Positions 62,691 through 64,000 of a stretch of 64,000 nt of DNA are shown here, piece by piece. The first letter of the stretch is position 1, and every line of letters starts with the position of its first letter. The notes below the pieces were generated by a model. The model was not told the origin of the DNA and ran no database searches. It was given only the letters and a program-made list of their open reading frames with translations. Origin of the DNA: Naegleria gruberi (lineage: Eukaryota); the NCBI GenBank assembly GCA_000004985.1, contig GG738875.1, one strand, 5' to 3'. The position numbers were made by a program, and so were the translations under genes.

Positions 62691-64000
62691 ATGATTAGCT
62701 ATTCTTCTTTGAATAATTCCTCTACAAATGGTGGATCTTCCAATAGAACCTCCACATCTTCTTCTTCTTCTCATCAATTTAGATCGGAACATCAGAATTC
62801 ATCATCATCCTCTTCTAATACAACAACAACAACACCTTCAAGTAGTAGTACTTCTGGACGAAATAATAAGAATAATCAGAGAGGTGGTAAATCTAATAAT
62901 GGAAAAGGTGGTGGAAGAAATAATCATCATTCGAATAATAATAATCAAAATCTTCAAAATGAAGAATTGAAACAGGCTGGAACTGGACTTCATTTAGATG
63001 CTTGGCCATATAATTTGTGGGCTAAATTGAGAAAGGACATGAGTTATGGTCAATTGGATAGATTTAGACCATTCCAATCGATGGTTTGTTTGACAGATGG
63101 TCATGAAGATCCAACTTTGAAAGAAGGTGGATTGGAATTAATTCCTGGATTTTCTGCAATTGCAGAAGAGTATTTCCCAGCCACTGACAGAAAATACAGA
63201 GATGGAAAATCATTTAGAGTGAAATCACCTTGGATTAGTTCATATCATATTAGATTTAATCAACCTGAAGATACTGATTTGTTTGAACTTGTTAGAAAGG
63301 TGAAAAGAGTTCCAAAAGATTGGAAGGCACCAACTAGTGCATCTGTTCCTTCTGCAGGATCATCTGTGGAAGAATATATGAAATATGTCAATATGGTTGT
63401 GAAAGAACATGATAATATTCCATATGAACCTGTCAAGAAGGGAGATTTTGTTTATTTTGACATTAGATCTCCACATAGAAATTCAGATGCCAATCACATG
63501 GATAGACCTAGAAGTGTATTCTATCATGCTTACTCTGTATCAAACAAGGTCAATTTGAAAACTATTGAAAATTTGAAGGAAAAGAGAAAGAAGTTTGAAC
63601 ATCCTGAAGATTTCAATGGTAAATTCAGTATGGAACAAAAGGTAATGAACACTGAAACTGATTTGTTACCTCTCTCAACCCTAGGAAAGTGTCTCTATAA
63701 TGAAATTTCATACAACCCCCTCTTGCAAGAAGATTCTAAAGATGACGCTATCAAGGTGATTCTCGAAAAACATTCAGATGTTTTAACACAAAGACATATT
63801 GATTTCTATCATAGATATGGATATGTTGTTGTGGAAAATCTAGTCTCCAATGAAGATGTCACTCAACTTTTTAAGGAATTGACTCATTATTCCGCCAAGT
63901 GTGGATGTAAGCTCGATTCTGATTCTCTCACTACTTCAGAATTCAAAAAAGTTGCATCTGGTTTTGGAGCTATGGTCGAATTCTACTATCTTCCAACTCA
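62691..64000 (+). CDS. 3'-partial gene open to the window end. The N-terminus is S/T/N-rich; the remainder is a globular region that may be Fe/2-oxoglutarate-dioxygenase (PhyH)-like, at low confidence.
   Basis: ATG at 62691, with no stop in frame through base 64000 (MISYSSLNNSSTNGGSSNRTS...HIDFYHRYGYVVVENLVSNEDVTQLFKEL...). It is absent from the ORF track because it runs off the window end. Confidence 0.5.
   Translation, partial: MISYSSLNNSSTNGGSSNRTSTSSSSSHQFRSEHQNSSSSSSNTTTTTPSSSSTSGRNNKNNQRGGKSNNGKGGGRNNHHSNNNNQNLQNEELKQAGTGLHLDAWPYNLWAKLRKDMSYGQLDRFRPFQSMVCLTDGHEDPTLKEGGLELIPGFSAIAEEYFPATDRKYRDGKSFRVKSPWISSYHIRFNQPEDTDLFELVRKVKRVPKDWKAPTSASVPSAGSSVEEYMKYVNMVVKEHDNIPYEPVKKGDFVYFDIRSPHRNSDANHMDRPRSVFYHAYSVSNKVNLKTIENLKEKRKKFEHPEDFNGKFSMEQKVMNTETDLLPLSTLGKCLYNEISYNPLLQEDSKDDAIKVILEKHSDVLTQRHIDFYHRYGYVVVENLVSNEDVTQLFKELTHYSAKCGCKLDSDSLTTSEFKKVASGFGAMVEFYYLPT

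Noticed and set aside
1-64000. Prokaryotic-style features (operons, CRISPR arrays, phage or defence islands).
   Set aside because: The sequence is eukaryotic: it has spliceosomal introns with GTRAGT donors, Pol III-type 5S and tRNA genes with T-run terminators, and N/Q-rich proteins. No direct-repeat/spacer arrays are present.
1-64000. A ciliate or other alternative nuclear genetic code, considered because of AT-richness and long ORFs.
   Set aside because: TAA and TAG terminate well-supported genes, for example TAA at 2596 and 5370. Standard-code translation gives intact conserved domains (actin, Rab, kinases).
220-64000. Taking ORF-track M residues as true start codons.
   Set aside because: Many listed starts are GTG or TTG (for example 4881, 21130, 26304, 32051, 47170, 61769). 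I re-derived starts from the first in-frame ATG where possible.
1-64000. Assigning the organism as Dictyostelium discoideum, on the basis of N-rich proteins and AT-richness.
   Set aside because: Codon usage includes frequent ttg, aag and C-ending codons. 5S genes are dispersed in chromosomal DNA. Intergenic DNA is not extremely AT-rich. Identity is left open.

Overview
This is an AT-rich (roughly 30% GC) eukaryotic nuclear region, not a prokaryotic locus. The evidence is: short spliceosomal introns of 41-65 nt (GTRAGT...YAG), N/Q/S-rich low-complexity protein tracts, tRNA genes, two dispersed 5S rRNA genes ending in T-run (Pol III) terminators, and four 50-nt N-run assembly gaps. TAA, TAG and TGA all terminate ORFs, which rules out a ciliate genetic code. 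Coding density is high, and many ORF-track M residues are GTG or TTG, not ATG. I checked starts individually. The window is dominated by signalling genes: a Rab5-like GTPase fused to DUF4116 repeats and a protein kinase, a BTB protein ending in an Arf-like GTPase, tandemly duplicated 7TM-plus-RGS gene pairs, a SAM-SAM-P-loop NTPase family with one copy broken by a TIR-like insertion, an NHL/EGF-repeat receptor kinase, a 2503-aa RasGEF, F-box-like/Ras-like GTPase paralogs, a KCTD9-like BTB-pentapeptide protein, an HMG-box protein, a vWA protein and a divergent actin. The most unusual part is the 24-37 kb segmental-duplication island, which holds the 7TM-RGS cassettes, the SAM-NTPase copies, pseudogene relics and a MITE-like insertion, with assembly gaps sitting at the duplication boundaries. 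The other standout is the Rab-DUF4116-kinase fusion. The organism cannot be identified from sequence alone. Codon usage, dispersed 5S genes and the domain repertoire are compatible with an amoebozoan or early-diverging-fungus-like protist; that is inference.
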